Below are positions 21,536 through 33,745 of a stretch of 60,000 nt of DNA, one piece after another (the first letter of the stretch is position 1; every line of letters starts with the position of its first letter). The position numbers and the translations under genes were made by a program. Source of the DNA: Botryllus schlosseri (taxonomy: Eukaryota). The stretch spans positions 5,086,001-5,146,000 of the forward strand of contig CM119373.1 of NCBI GenBank assembly GCA_051294905.1. Reading direction: 5' to 3'. The notes under the pieces were generated by a model, which ran no database searches, was not told the origin of the DNA, and was given only the letters and a program-made list of their open reading frames with translations.

Positions 21536-22842
21536 ATGGCCACAGATAAGAGGAAACAGCGACCACGCTCGCTAGATGTGCAAATTCCAAGCAATATGCA
21601 GGGAAGCGAGGTATTCCAAGCCGTGCTTGCTTATGAACCGCTCAAGCCTCTGCTGAACAAGATAGACTCTATGTACTGAATAGGCTTCGAAACTTTCAAC
21701 ATCACAGTAAAAGACACACCGGATGCGCAGAAAATCAAAAACAATATACTCTCAGCGTGCCAACATGGCATACCAACAGCCAATGGCACCATGAGAGTCA
21801 AAGATGCAAGCGAACCACTAAAACTTATAAACATACGCGCTGTTCCAACAGAAGCGACGGACGCAGAAATCGCGATATTGTTAGCTCTCTACCAGTGCGG
21901 TAAAGTTATCAACGTAGTGAAAGTAAACCACAGCAAAACACAATACCACAACGGGTATAGAAAAGTACTCATCGCCAAATACGAACCAGGCAGGATTCCG
22001 CAATACCTAAAGATACGCGGCTACAGCTGTAAGGTTTTTCTCCCACCGGGAGAGCAAACGGTGGAAATATGCAACCAATGCCTACAGCATGGGCACATTG
22101 CAAGAAATTGCGATAATGAAAATCAAGTGCCTTCACTGCCAGCAAACAGGCCACAAAAGAATGGCTTGTCCGCAGCTGAAGGAAAGCTACCCTACGATTA
22201 CAGAGCAACGCAATAAAATCACAGAAGCTCAAATACACAACACTCGTGAACAAAGTAACGCACAAATGCATGAAGTGCATGAAGAACATGTACAAATGCA
22301 CGAAGAACACGTACAAATGCATGAAGAACAACAAGAAGAAGAAAAAACACACGAAATTGTCGACAATGACAATGTATACATAGTAAACACACCCGAAGAA
22401 GAAAACAAAGAAGAAAAACAAAGAAGAACAATACAATGATACCAGCGAAGGAGAAACCGATGAACACACTTCAGGTGACCTCCAAATAGAGGAGACACCG
22501 GAAAGTGACGGAAATAAAACTCCACACTCGGCAGGAGACTCAAATTGGGAAGACATTTCCCAGCACACAATTAGGGACAGTACGCAGATACCGACGCCAA
22601 CTTCGCCACCGTTACAATCAAGGCGAAAAGCGCTGTCCGACCCAGCGCCATACAGAGTAAGCGCAGATGACCTAAAAAACCTGCAAGCGTCTCCTATCAA
22701 ACGGACAAGGAGCGGCAGTTCGGACGAAAATCTCAAAGTCAAAATAAACAAAAATAGGCCAGTAGTTCCGCCAAAACCCGCAAGTAAGCTACGCAGGACA
22801 GGCGTGGCAGAACAGGACTTGAAAAACCTCTTCAAATCTTAA
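21536..22842 (+). pseudogene. A2 ORF1, with premature stop and frameshifts
   Basis: MATDKRKQRPRSLDVQIP...DSMY*, then homologous fragments ending QDLKNLFKS*. Confidence 0.82.
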
Positions 22843-22859
22843 AATTCGGCGTCCCACCA

Positions 22860-25800
22860 ACATACATAGTGTCTATAAACATAAACGGAATACAAGCGCA
22901 CTGGAACAGCTTGCAAGTTTTCATAAAAACAAAAAAAGCCGACATCGTATGCGTCCAAGAGACGCATAAAGTCAAAAAGCACCAGCTCACAACCTGGGCA
23001 GCAACACAAGGCTACAAGCTGTTTCTGAATGCGCTTGACAAAGATGAAAAATGGGAACCACAAGACGAACAAGGGCCCAAACACTATCAGGGAACAGCAA
23101 TCCTACTTAAGGAACGCTGGCTCCCTGACAACGCGAAAATACAACACGAGATCATCAACACACACCGCGCTCAGCAAGTAACCATTCAGCTAGAGCACGA
23201 AGAGTCGATGACAATCACTAATGTATATGCCCCATCATCAGGTTTGCAAAGGAAACTAGACTTCTACAAGGAATTGACAAATAAGCTAGAAGCTAGAACA
23301 ACACGCACGAACATACTCAATCATCCTTGGTGATTTTAATATCGTCACAAAAGCGATAGACGTTGAACGCGCAGATACGTACACCGAAAGTCCGGCATCC
23401 ACCGCCTGGAAACAGTATATAAAAGTACACAACGTCATAGATGTCTACCGATGGATCTTCCCAAACACAAAGATATACACATCAAACTCCCCTAAAGGCA
23501 AGAGAAGAATAGATAGAATTTACATAGGGAAAAACGTGATAGGCGACGTAAAAAGCATAAGCCTACCAAATCAACCCAATTTCGGACCACACACACTACG
23601 TAGAAATGCACCTGAAACAAAAACAGATGGAAAAACGGGGAAAAGGTAGCTGGAAGAACAACACAGCGCACCTAAACCAGCAAGAATACAAAGCCCTCAT
23701 ACGAAACGAAATCACAATGTTTGAACTAGAAAAACCATTCTACCCAAATATAGGACAATGGTGGGACGCCTTAAAGAACAAAATTAGAATAGCATCTATA
23801 CAATACGGCATAGAGAAAAAACAAGCAGAAACGCAAGAAACAAACCAGAGAAAGAAACTACTACAGAACCAAAATTTAACAAATGAGATGAGAGATAAGC
23901 TAACCAGGGAACTGAAAACCCTGGAAAAGGCTAAGATAGACTTCCTGATGAACTCGGAATACAAAAACAACATGGAAGATCAAGAGAAACCGACAAAACA
24001 GTTTTATGACAAACTGAAAGTAAAACAAAAGGGAAAGAATATCACGGAGCTCACCGGTAACAACAATGAGCAAATTCGGGGGGAAAACAACATCCTTACG
24101 CACGCACAAAAATACTACCATAAACTTTGGGGCATCGCGCACAGCGCACCGAAGGAGAGCATTGACACCTTGGTCAAAGAGCTCGATAAACAAATCTCCC
24201 AGGAACAACAAAAACTTCAAGATCAAGTGATATCTGAGGAAGAAATAAAAGCAGCACTAGGCTCACAGAAGACGTCCACAACACCGGGACCAGATGGCCT
24301 TTCGCCAGAATTTTACACAGCCTTTTTTGAAACTCTTAAGAATAGTGCACTGTTGTATATTTCTGAGAGACTATGTTTCATCAACACACCAGGATCCTGG
24401 GGCAAATCACAAGTAACATTAATCCCCAAAAAAGGAGACACAAAACTCCTAGATAACTGGCGCCCTATATCATTATCGAATTGCGACTATAAGATAATGG
24501 CAAAAATCCTGGCCAACAGAATCAAAGAATCAATGCCGCATATAATAGGGCAAGCACAAAAATGTTCAGTCCCGGGCGCCAAATCTCGGACGTCCTAAGG
24601 AACGTGGCCGCAGCTAAAGACCTGGCACAACAAAGAGGAACACCCCTACTGATAAGTAATTTCGACCAGAAAAAAGCCTTTGACATGGTGTCACAAGAGA
24701 CCCTCTTCGCCATCATGGAACACCTCAAGTTCGGGAAGAAGATCACTGACTTGATAAAACATGTGTATCAAAACTCGACCAGTAAAATTCTAATAAACGG
24801 GGCAATGACAGAAAAAATCAACATCAGAAGGGGCATCCGACAGGGATGCCCGCTAAGCACATACTTATACGTCTTAGCTGCAGAACCCCTAGCTGAAAGC
24901 ATCCGGAAAAACAATCTCATAAATGGAATCAAACTCGGCAACAAAACAACTCAAATTCAACAATACGCGGATGACGTGACAATTATCACAACGAATTACA
25001 AATCCATAAAACAAGCCATAACAGAATTTGAAAAACTAAAACAAACCACAGGCCAAGAACTTAACTTAAATAAAACCGAAATTTTACAAATAAATTCACC
25101 GAGAGATGAAAACATCTACAAAAAACTAAGAAAACCCACCATTAAGGTGCTGGGACAGCAGATTGGCGAAAACCAAAACCACCTAAACTGGGACAAGGTG
25201 GTACAACGGGTACACCAATCGTGCGCCGATAACAACAAAAGAAAACTGACATGGTATGGAAAAAAGACGATTATCAACACCATAATCGCCCCAAAAATCC
25301 TATACCAGGCGAAAACCTGCCCCCCACACAAAAACATCATTGCCGAACTAAACAACATCATCTTCAAATTCATGTGGGCCCCAGAAAGAATAGAAGTCAT
25401 CAGGCGAAACACCATTATGAGGGCCGTCAATGAGGGGGGATTCGACCTCCCACACATCGAGAGTAAAATTCAGGCTTGCCGACTGGAAAAAATCTTGGCA
25501 GCAATGGACGAACCGAACCAGTTCTGGCCTCACCATGCCATATACTGCCTTGGATCTAAAATCAAGTCCATAAACCCTGACCTACAGAACATCAGAGGCC
25601 CCAAAAGAGACCTCCTCAATGAGGAGTGGAGAGAGCTTCTGAACATTAGAGAACTCTTAGGCTGGACGCGAGAACAATGGGGAGAGGCCACGCAAAAACA
25701 ACTACACAGAGCCCTCAGAGATAAAAACACGAGTGTCAACCCAGACACCCCCCAGGCCCAATGGTCCAAACTACTATACGACCAGCCTGGGGAGGAACAA

Positions 25801-26310
25801 CTCATAAAAAACAACGAAAAAATAGCAGGCTATAGAGCCGCGCACGAGGGCCACCTCTTTGGGGCAACTCGTAAAGAACTAAACATACTCACCACCAGCA
25901 CAGGCGGAACGGCAAGGCTGCACTGCAGACAGTGTGGACACCCCAACGAGACCACTGCCCACATCTTGTGGGAATGCAGCGCAGCCAAACCAATCCTCAG
26001 CCTCCTCGAAAATCTCTTGCGTAAGAACGGAAAGAAAACACCACTACAGAGAGACAATATACTCTATGCGAAACCTACTGAAACTAACCAAAAACAATCA
26101 AAATTCATAACCACATTGTACAAAACTCAAATGCTCAAACATCGACTCGTATTAGATCGAACCAACCAAAATGAATACGACAAAGCCAATCTGACCAAAA
26201 ACATATACAACAGAATCACAACAACAGCAAAAAAGAGGCTTGCAAACAAAACTTTCCTCTGTGGTGAGCTTCAAAACCTAAACAACAAGATTTTAGAGGA
26301 ATTATCTTAA
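22860..26310 (+). pseudogene. A2 ORF2 (APE-RT-CCHC), frameshifted
   Basis: Track ORFs 22869-23333, 23606-24598 and 24562-26310 carry CVQETH, NWRPISL, QQYADD and CRQC..HILWEC. Confidence 0.88.
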
Positions 26311-27308
26311 AACCCCTGATCAAGATGGGTTCCAAACGAAGGTTTGGTTAATCCATCAACGATCTAAAAGGGGAAAAAAGGCTAAAATCCTTTCAATAGA
26401 GTGGGGAGGGGCCGACCCAAAAACTCGGACCTGCTCGCGACAGGTGAGCTGCTTCTTAGCCACAAGCAGAAAAAGCAAAACCTACCCACTCCACAAATTG
26501 GAGTAGTTGGTTGTGGTAAGGTAAAAATTTATATTTAATTTAAAAACCAGTTACCTTAGTTAAAAATAATATGTAATAAAAATCCTGACCTGGAAGCGAC
26601 CCTACATCTAAGAGAGGGTCGAACAAAGGCAGCGAATACGGAGAGCCGCAAAAAAAATGTATCTTTTTTGACATTTTTGAAAGTGTCCTCGGTCCTTGGA
26701 GTATTCGGTTGTATTAAGGTAGCAACCGGCGTAAGTATACTAACTAAGATTTAAATACTGTTCCGGAGCCGCTGAGGCAACCTAGTGTAGTAATTACCGT
26801 AAACCTTAGGTTAATTTCTAGATTTACCTAGGCTACTTACTCATTTCTTTCTTCAATCTTTTCGTCGCCGCTGGACTTCCGTTTCACCTTCGAGTCTTCT
26901 GCAGACTCATCACCTCTCCCTCCTGAGACTTGACTGCTCTTTGTGGTCAGGTCTCAAGGAGTCTGTTTCTACCTCCACTAGAGCTTGACTCGTCTTCGTG
27001 AGTCAACTCTAGTCGGAGTCTTTTCTCTTCAGGTTCTGACTCGACCGCGTGAGTCAGAACTTGTCGAGTCTTTTCTTTAGAGACTTGACTCTCTCGAGTC
27101 AAGTCTCTACTTTCTCTCCCTCTCGCGTCTCTCCCTTGCGACGACGAGAGCCTTTAACCCTAGGTCAATTCGATTGTCTGACGTCAGTCGCCAGACATCG
27201 AACGATCCTTGCGCGTCTGGAAACGCCTTGCGAAACCGCGGTATCGACTTCTCGCTTGTCTGGAAACGCCTCGCTTTGAGTTGCATTACAAGACAAAAAC
27301 GCCACAAT

Positions 27309-28557
27309 ATGGCCTATTCAAACGCAATAAAAGGACGTGAATACCAGCGTATTACCTATGGACACAGGCCGAGATCACTCGATGTAATGACGCCTTTCGG
27401 CTGTCAAACAAGCGAGGTGATAGACGCCATTATCACAGATCCCAGACTTGAGCAATATAAAGAACATATATCATCAATATACCAAATTGGGAGAACAACA
27501 TACAACCTAACATTCCATCAACAAGCAGACACAGAATCAATTCGCGAAAGGTTCTTGGAAACAACGCACCTTGGAATACTTACAACAAATGGAATGATTT
27601 ACTTCCAGAAGCCGAGGCCGCCTGCAGCACAGGTTAACATTAGAGCTGTACCCACGGAAGTGGAGGAAGTTGAAATACGCCACAAAATAGCTCAATATCA
27701 ATGCGGCACGGTACAAGGAGTAAAACTAATATACCATAAAGGAACCGACATACACAACGGGTATCGGCGGATAACCATAGAAGGCTACACACCCTGAAAA
27801 CTTCCACCCTTCATATATCTAGGCCAAGCCCCGTGCAAGGTCTATCCCCCGAATAACGAAGGGAACGAGACATGCTACAAATGTCTACAGAGAGGACATA
27901 CTGCGAGCCAGTGTCCAAACCAAACAGCGTGCTTCCTGTGCAAACAGACAGGACATAGACGTGATCAATGTCCAACAAAAACTGATGAACAAATACCTTC
28001 AGGTCAGCGTAGAATACTAAAGGTCGATGAACACTTAACATCTGTCGAAATGGAGAGCCAGACCAACCTGATTTGAGTGAAAACGAAGAAAAAAGCCCAA
28101 CCTTTGTAGCGAGTGAGGCAGAGGTTGAGGAGACAGCCGAACAAGAAGACAAAGATGACAGCGAAGAAGAAGAAACAGCAGAAGACTACTTCAACTTAGA
28201 ACAACAACCACAAGCAGACAGCGAACTAGACAACAGTAATCGAAAGATCAGACAACGAAAGCAAATCGGAAGATGAACTACAAATAATCACAAGTGATGA
28301 TGAGACAGACGCAAACAGGGCTAAACAAAACCACAAGCGGTAGCCCGCCAAAACGTACATTAAACAGAGACAGATCCAACCAAACATCGATACTGCGACA
28401 AAGATTTGAGATTAGTAGCTTCACAGAAAAAGAGTTCTTTGGCCAAACACAATGCTCGCCAAACAAAAGAAGCAAGGACGTTCGTAGTCCAACATCGCCA
28501 ACGGCAGGCACAGCCAGACGAAAGCTGGCAAAGCCAAACCGCAGCGATGAGAAATAG
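27309..28557 (+). pseudogene. C ORF1, with stop and frameshifts
   Basis: MAYSNAIKG start; in-frame TGA at 27795-27797; knuckle region and C-terminus (QTSILRQRFE) homologous to B2 ORF1. Confidence 0.82.
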
Positions 28558-30130
28558 AAATGTGCCCTAAAGCGAACAAGTCTCCCCTCACCCCAAGGAA
28601 AAATGGATTTTGATCTAGATATAATTTCTTTGAACGTAAATGGAATGTCTACCCACTGGCATAAAATTAAAAGTCTCATAAAAACAGAAAAACATACAAA
28701 TATCGTATAAAAACAGAAAAACATATCGTATGTCTCACGGAAACCCACAGGGTAGACACTCAAAGAGTCCAAAAATGGGCAAACCAAAACAACTTCTCAT
28801 ACTACGCGAACCATATAGACCTGAAACAAAAATGGGTAGACCTGAAACAAAAATGGGTAGACACAGTAGAAGGGAAGAAGTTATACTACAGAGGAACTGC
28901 GATTCTAGTCAAAAAAGACCTAGAAAAGCAATACGACCTGGCACACAAGATAATTAGAAAAGACAGGGTGCAACTACTAACCTTCGGAGAGGAAACAAAC
29001 CTCTATAACATCTACGGCCCACCCGACGTAGGGAAGAACCAAACAGAGCTATACCAAGAACTTATAAACGAAATTGAAAGGAAACCGAATGATGCTATCA
29101 TCTGTGGAGACTACAACATCGTCACCGATAGAATGGATGTGAAAAACGACACAAACTTTACTATGACCCCAGCCGCTAAGATCTGGAAATTCTTCACCGA
29201 TATCTATAAAATCAGGGACATCTGGAGGTGGGGGAATCCGAAAACAAGGCTGTACACAGTAATAAAACACAAACAATCTAGAAGAGTCGATAACATCTAT
29301 GTATCAGAAAGATTCCTTAGCCGAGTTAAGTCATGCGAACACAAACTAAACTTCGTCTCTGACCACATCTTCTTACAAAAGATACATATAAGAATGAAAC
29401 CAAGGCAGAGCAGATGGGGCAAGGGAATCTGGAAAAACGACACCAGAGAATACGCAGATGATAGTCTACGGAAACAGATAGAAAACCTACACGAAAGATG
29501 TGTCCAAGACAAACCAATCTTTGATGACATCTATGAATGGTGGGATCAGTACAAAAAAGAAATGGGGAGACTAATAAGCACAAACGAAAGGCACAAAAGA
29601 ATCGCGGCAAATAAAGAAAAACAAGCGATACAAGAAAACATAGCAAAAACCTTACAAAACACCAGTGAGGACCAAAACACATACGAAGAAGCAAAAAAAC
29701 TCAAAAAAACAGAAGAAGAAAACATAAGATACCAATGCATACTGCACAAGTTGCATGACATCGAAGAGAATGAAAAACCCACCAAGTACTTTTACGATAA
29801 ACTAAAGCAACGCAAAGAAAGTAAAATCTTCACAACTTTAGTGAACGAATCGGGAGTAGAAACACAAAATAATATAGAAACTATGCGCGCAGTGGAAGAA
29901 TTCTATAAAAACCTGTGAGGGAAGTCAAAGCAAGAGGACTCCAAGCTGCAAGACGACTACTTAGAAAACATAAGTGATCTTCACATAAGTGAAGAAGAAA
30001 GAGCTCAGCTGGAAAGCCAAATAGACGAGGCAGAAGTCCGACACGCGATCCAAAACATGGAGAATAGAAAGACTCCCGGCTCTGACGGACCGTCCAAAGA
30101 ATATTATGCGACATATTGGAACATTCTTAA

Positions 30131-31987
30131 AGGTCAACTATATCGACCAAAACAACTTTTGCTCATTTTGTAGAGTTTTTTATGCTGATTCCAATAATAT
30201 ACATCCTAACTTCTAAAATTACGTATTTTCTGAGATATCGCAGTGCAAACTGCCGACCTCTCAGAAACGGCTGTAAAATCAGCAACCGTGTCGATGACGC
30301 ACTACCATGAGGATTTTGCCGATACATGGAACACTGAATGGGATGTCTAAGTCAATCGTTGGTTGTTGTCTTCGCCTAAATTACCTGATGCTGCGTTGTT
30401 TTGATTCGTCATGCCCGACTGGACTATTCAATCTTCATTTTATGGTTCTTTAGGTTCTTATAATTTGCGAAGGCTTGTGTAGAGGAAGTACAGAAGCCAA
30501 CGTGCAAGGCAAGCAGTTCTGTTTCCATCTCATGTATTGATCCCATGGAAACGCCACCTCGGTAAGGACGAGGACGGCTAGCTGCCCCGCACTTCAATGA
30601 AAACAGATGCAGAGAGCAGAAGAAATGCAAGTCCGGAAAGTCCCTTTTGCAGCCCAATATAAGGAAGGCTGCTGTGCTCACCGATGTACAGTGTTTTTCA
30701 ATGAGCTGCTGTAGTGAGAGTAGGAGCACTTTGCCATCACACTTTCTCTACCGCAAAGGATGCTGTACAATGGTGAAGAACGACTTCTGGAGGCACATCT
30801 GTCATTCAATCGTTGACCACGAGGTGTGGCCAGAACCCCCTCCCCTTGCTGCTGCACGTGCAAGATTGCAACGAGATCAAGCCATACATCACGATGATGC
30901 CGTGTCAGGGTAGGTAATTATTATTTCAACCTCACTTTTCCCAACAAATTCAGAGTTTTGTAACTACGAACAACCACCCCTGATCTAGGCTTACATAAAA
31001 AACTCTTGTCTTGCTGCTGGCTTTCACATAGACATTGAACCGGTGTTACAATAAAAATAAAGTAAATGGAGTGTTAGTGAGTGTATATGATTGAATTTCT
31101 GCTTTAAATTATTATTTCAGAAACATTGACAATCCTGGCCTAGGGCATCATGCTGGAGCATAACATCAAAAAAAAGAAAATTCGCCGAAGAATCCTGGGA
31201 AATTCACTTATTCACAGAGATTTATTGAGATAATTTCCTTCTATATTATAATTTTTGCGATTCTGTATTTATTAGAACCCAATAAAAGCTTTCGACTTTT
31301 CTGTATGTATTAGAATCCAGTAAAAGCTTTTGAGTAAAGCCATTTTATTACATACAAAGATAAAGTGGAAGTAGCAGTCTGTGAGAACTGATCAGCGATG
31401 TCGGAATACTTCGGATCCAGTTGATGCGGCGAAGCTGAATTCCTTTGAGTGAATCTAGTCTGGTCTAGCGTCTCTGAAAAGTCAATATGTATTAGTTATA
31501 TGCATCGTTCTTCAAGCTTAGATCGTCAGCATACCGCACAATCTTACATGCATGCGTTACAATAATTGTTTTAGACGCGCAAGTCCAATCATTTGACCAA
31601 ACGGTACGGTACTTTCGTCGTCCAGTAATGCCTGATTGTATATACCATTCAATGGCTTACCTATATACGAGAATTCCTCAATAGCGTCGGAATCAGATTT
31701 ACTAGACACCGTGTAGCTATCAGTTCAGTCCACAGCTTCAGAGGTTGACATTATCCCACTTCAATACATACACCACAGCCGCAGCATCAGAAATCCTCAT
31801 GGTAGTACGTCATCGACATGCTTCATTGATTTTACTACCGTTTTCGTCTGTGGTGGCATTTTGCGACTTTCGCTGCTCGATATCTCAGAAAATACGTAAT
31901 TTTAGAAAGTATGGTGTATATTTTTGGAATCAGCATGTAAAACTCTACTGAATGAGCCAAAGTTGTTTCGGTCGATATAGTTGACCT
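30131..31987. mobile_element. Non-autonomous Kolobok-like DNA transposon
   Basis: TTAA TSD (30127-30130, 31988-31991), purine (AGG) termini and ~110-bp imperfect TIRs beginning AGGTCAACTATATCGACC. Removal restores WNILKKEL. Confidence 0.82.
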
Positions 31988-32524
31988 TTAAAAAAGAACT
32001 GACGGAGGTTATCAATAATGCTTATATGTTTGGTGGATTATGTAAATCATGGACAACGGGTATTACAACATTACTATACAAAAAAGGAGAACCAAAGAAA
32101 TTAAAAAACTGGCGGCCAATAACTCTCTTGAACACAGACTATAAAAATACTAACCGGAATCATATCGAACAGGCTAAAACCCATCTTACCAAACCTTATC
32201 CACCACACACAAAAATGTGCTATAAAAGAACGGCAGATAACCGACGTCCTAAGAAATACCCATGCGGTAATAGAATATGCCCAAGAAAAACAAAGAACTC
32301 CTGGTCATGAACTTGGACCAGGAAAAGGCATTTGATAGGATTCATCACGAATACCTCTTCAAAATCTTGGGGGTATATCAACTACCCAACAACCTGACAC
32401 GCATAATACGAGAAATCTATGAAAACGCCTCCAGCAAGATCCAAGTCAATGGAGCACTCACAAACCATATAAAAATAGAACGTGGAATCAGACAGGGGTG
32501 TCCGCTGAGTATGTCGCTCTACGC

Positions 32525-33745
32525 CAGAGGTCTCAAACTCAAATGTGCTCGCGGGCCAGTTTTCCAGTTTTGACGACGCCGCGGGCCGCAGCATTTATAG
32601 GGGTATTCTATGTCTTTCCAAGTAGACCTTATTTGGCGGGAATGAATTGTCCTGTGGAAAGTAAGCCGATCAAGCAGACTGCCAGTAAACACACATCGTC
32701 AAAATCACAAATGTGATTTACTCTTGTTTCAATTTAGGCCTGGCACGAAAAGAATCATCACATCTTTAACTTTTTGAATATAATTGATGTTGTATACTTG
32801 ATATATAATTATAAGATATAGACATCATGAGCAGACAAATGTATGATGCCATTATAAAAGCTATCGGGTTATAATTTTGCAGTTTCTATGAATATTTTTA
32901 ATTTAACAGATTGATAATAGACTGATCTGAAATTAAAACATTTTTAGGTTGGGCGTTGTAATTCCGATGGGATATAGGATTCGGGTATACTTCTGATAAA
33001 TAGGCTATTAATCTCATGGCCAAATATCTTCAAATATAGGAGCAGAAAAAAATATAAATATAATATAAATATGTTAATAACTGTGTCCTAGTGATTGAAA
33101 TGTCCGAACGCCGAACGGCCCATTGTTGTTACATCGTTGGAGCGTACCACTTGGGTACTCGGTACCTTTAAGTGGCCTTAATAACATGGTTTAGCGACCA
33201 AAGATGTAACTAACAGATTGCCAATGGTTGCCATAAATACTTGCTTAGTTAGCGAAATACCAAGCTGCGACCTTCTGATCTATTACCATTCCCCTGATAC
33301 GCGATTATAGTTGGTTGCGTCCATGCTTCTAATAAATTCACGGCATTCCGAGTAACTCCCAGTCCACTCGAGTCTCATTTTCATTTTGCCATCGAGTTAG
33401 CCCGAGTGTGAGTAATTCTAAGAAAGGTCGCGTCTAAGTCCAACTCACAAATTTAAGTCACGAATCGTCTAAGGGTCAGGTTTTGTCATCATGAATTGGA
33501 AACGTGGCGAAATAGTGAATCTTCCACTGCATGGTAGCGTTTACAATTGATGTGATAGTCAAGTTTGATCAATAGTTTCAGGCTTTCGTGGCAATTTAAG
33601 AGGGAATTTTCACTTTATAACCTGAAAAGATATATGTGACACTGATATATTGCAAATTATTAAAAATCTAAAATGTCATCGCGGGCCGCACAAAATGCTC
33701 TGGCGGGCCGCATGCGGCCCGCGGGCCGCGTGTTTGAGACCTCTG
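32525..33745. mobile_element. Non-autonomous hAT (Charlie-like) element
   Basis: TIR CAGAGGTCTCAAAC/GTTTGAGACCTCTG, 8-bp TSD CTCTACGC, GCGGGCCG subterminal repeats. Confidence 0.92.

Larger units (their letters stand above)
21536..26657 (+). mobile_element. Tx1/L1-clade retrotransposon copy A2 (5' UTR absent, decayed ORFs)
   Basis: ORF1 and ORF2 are closest to A1, the 3' UTR is near-identical to A1's, and there is a short poly(A) at 26650-26657. Confidence 0.9.
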
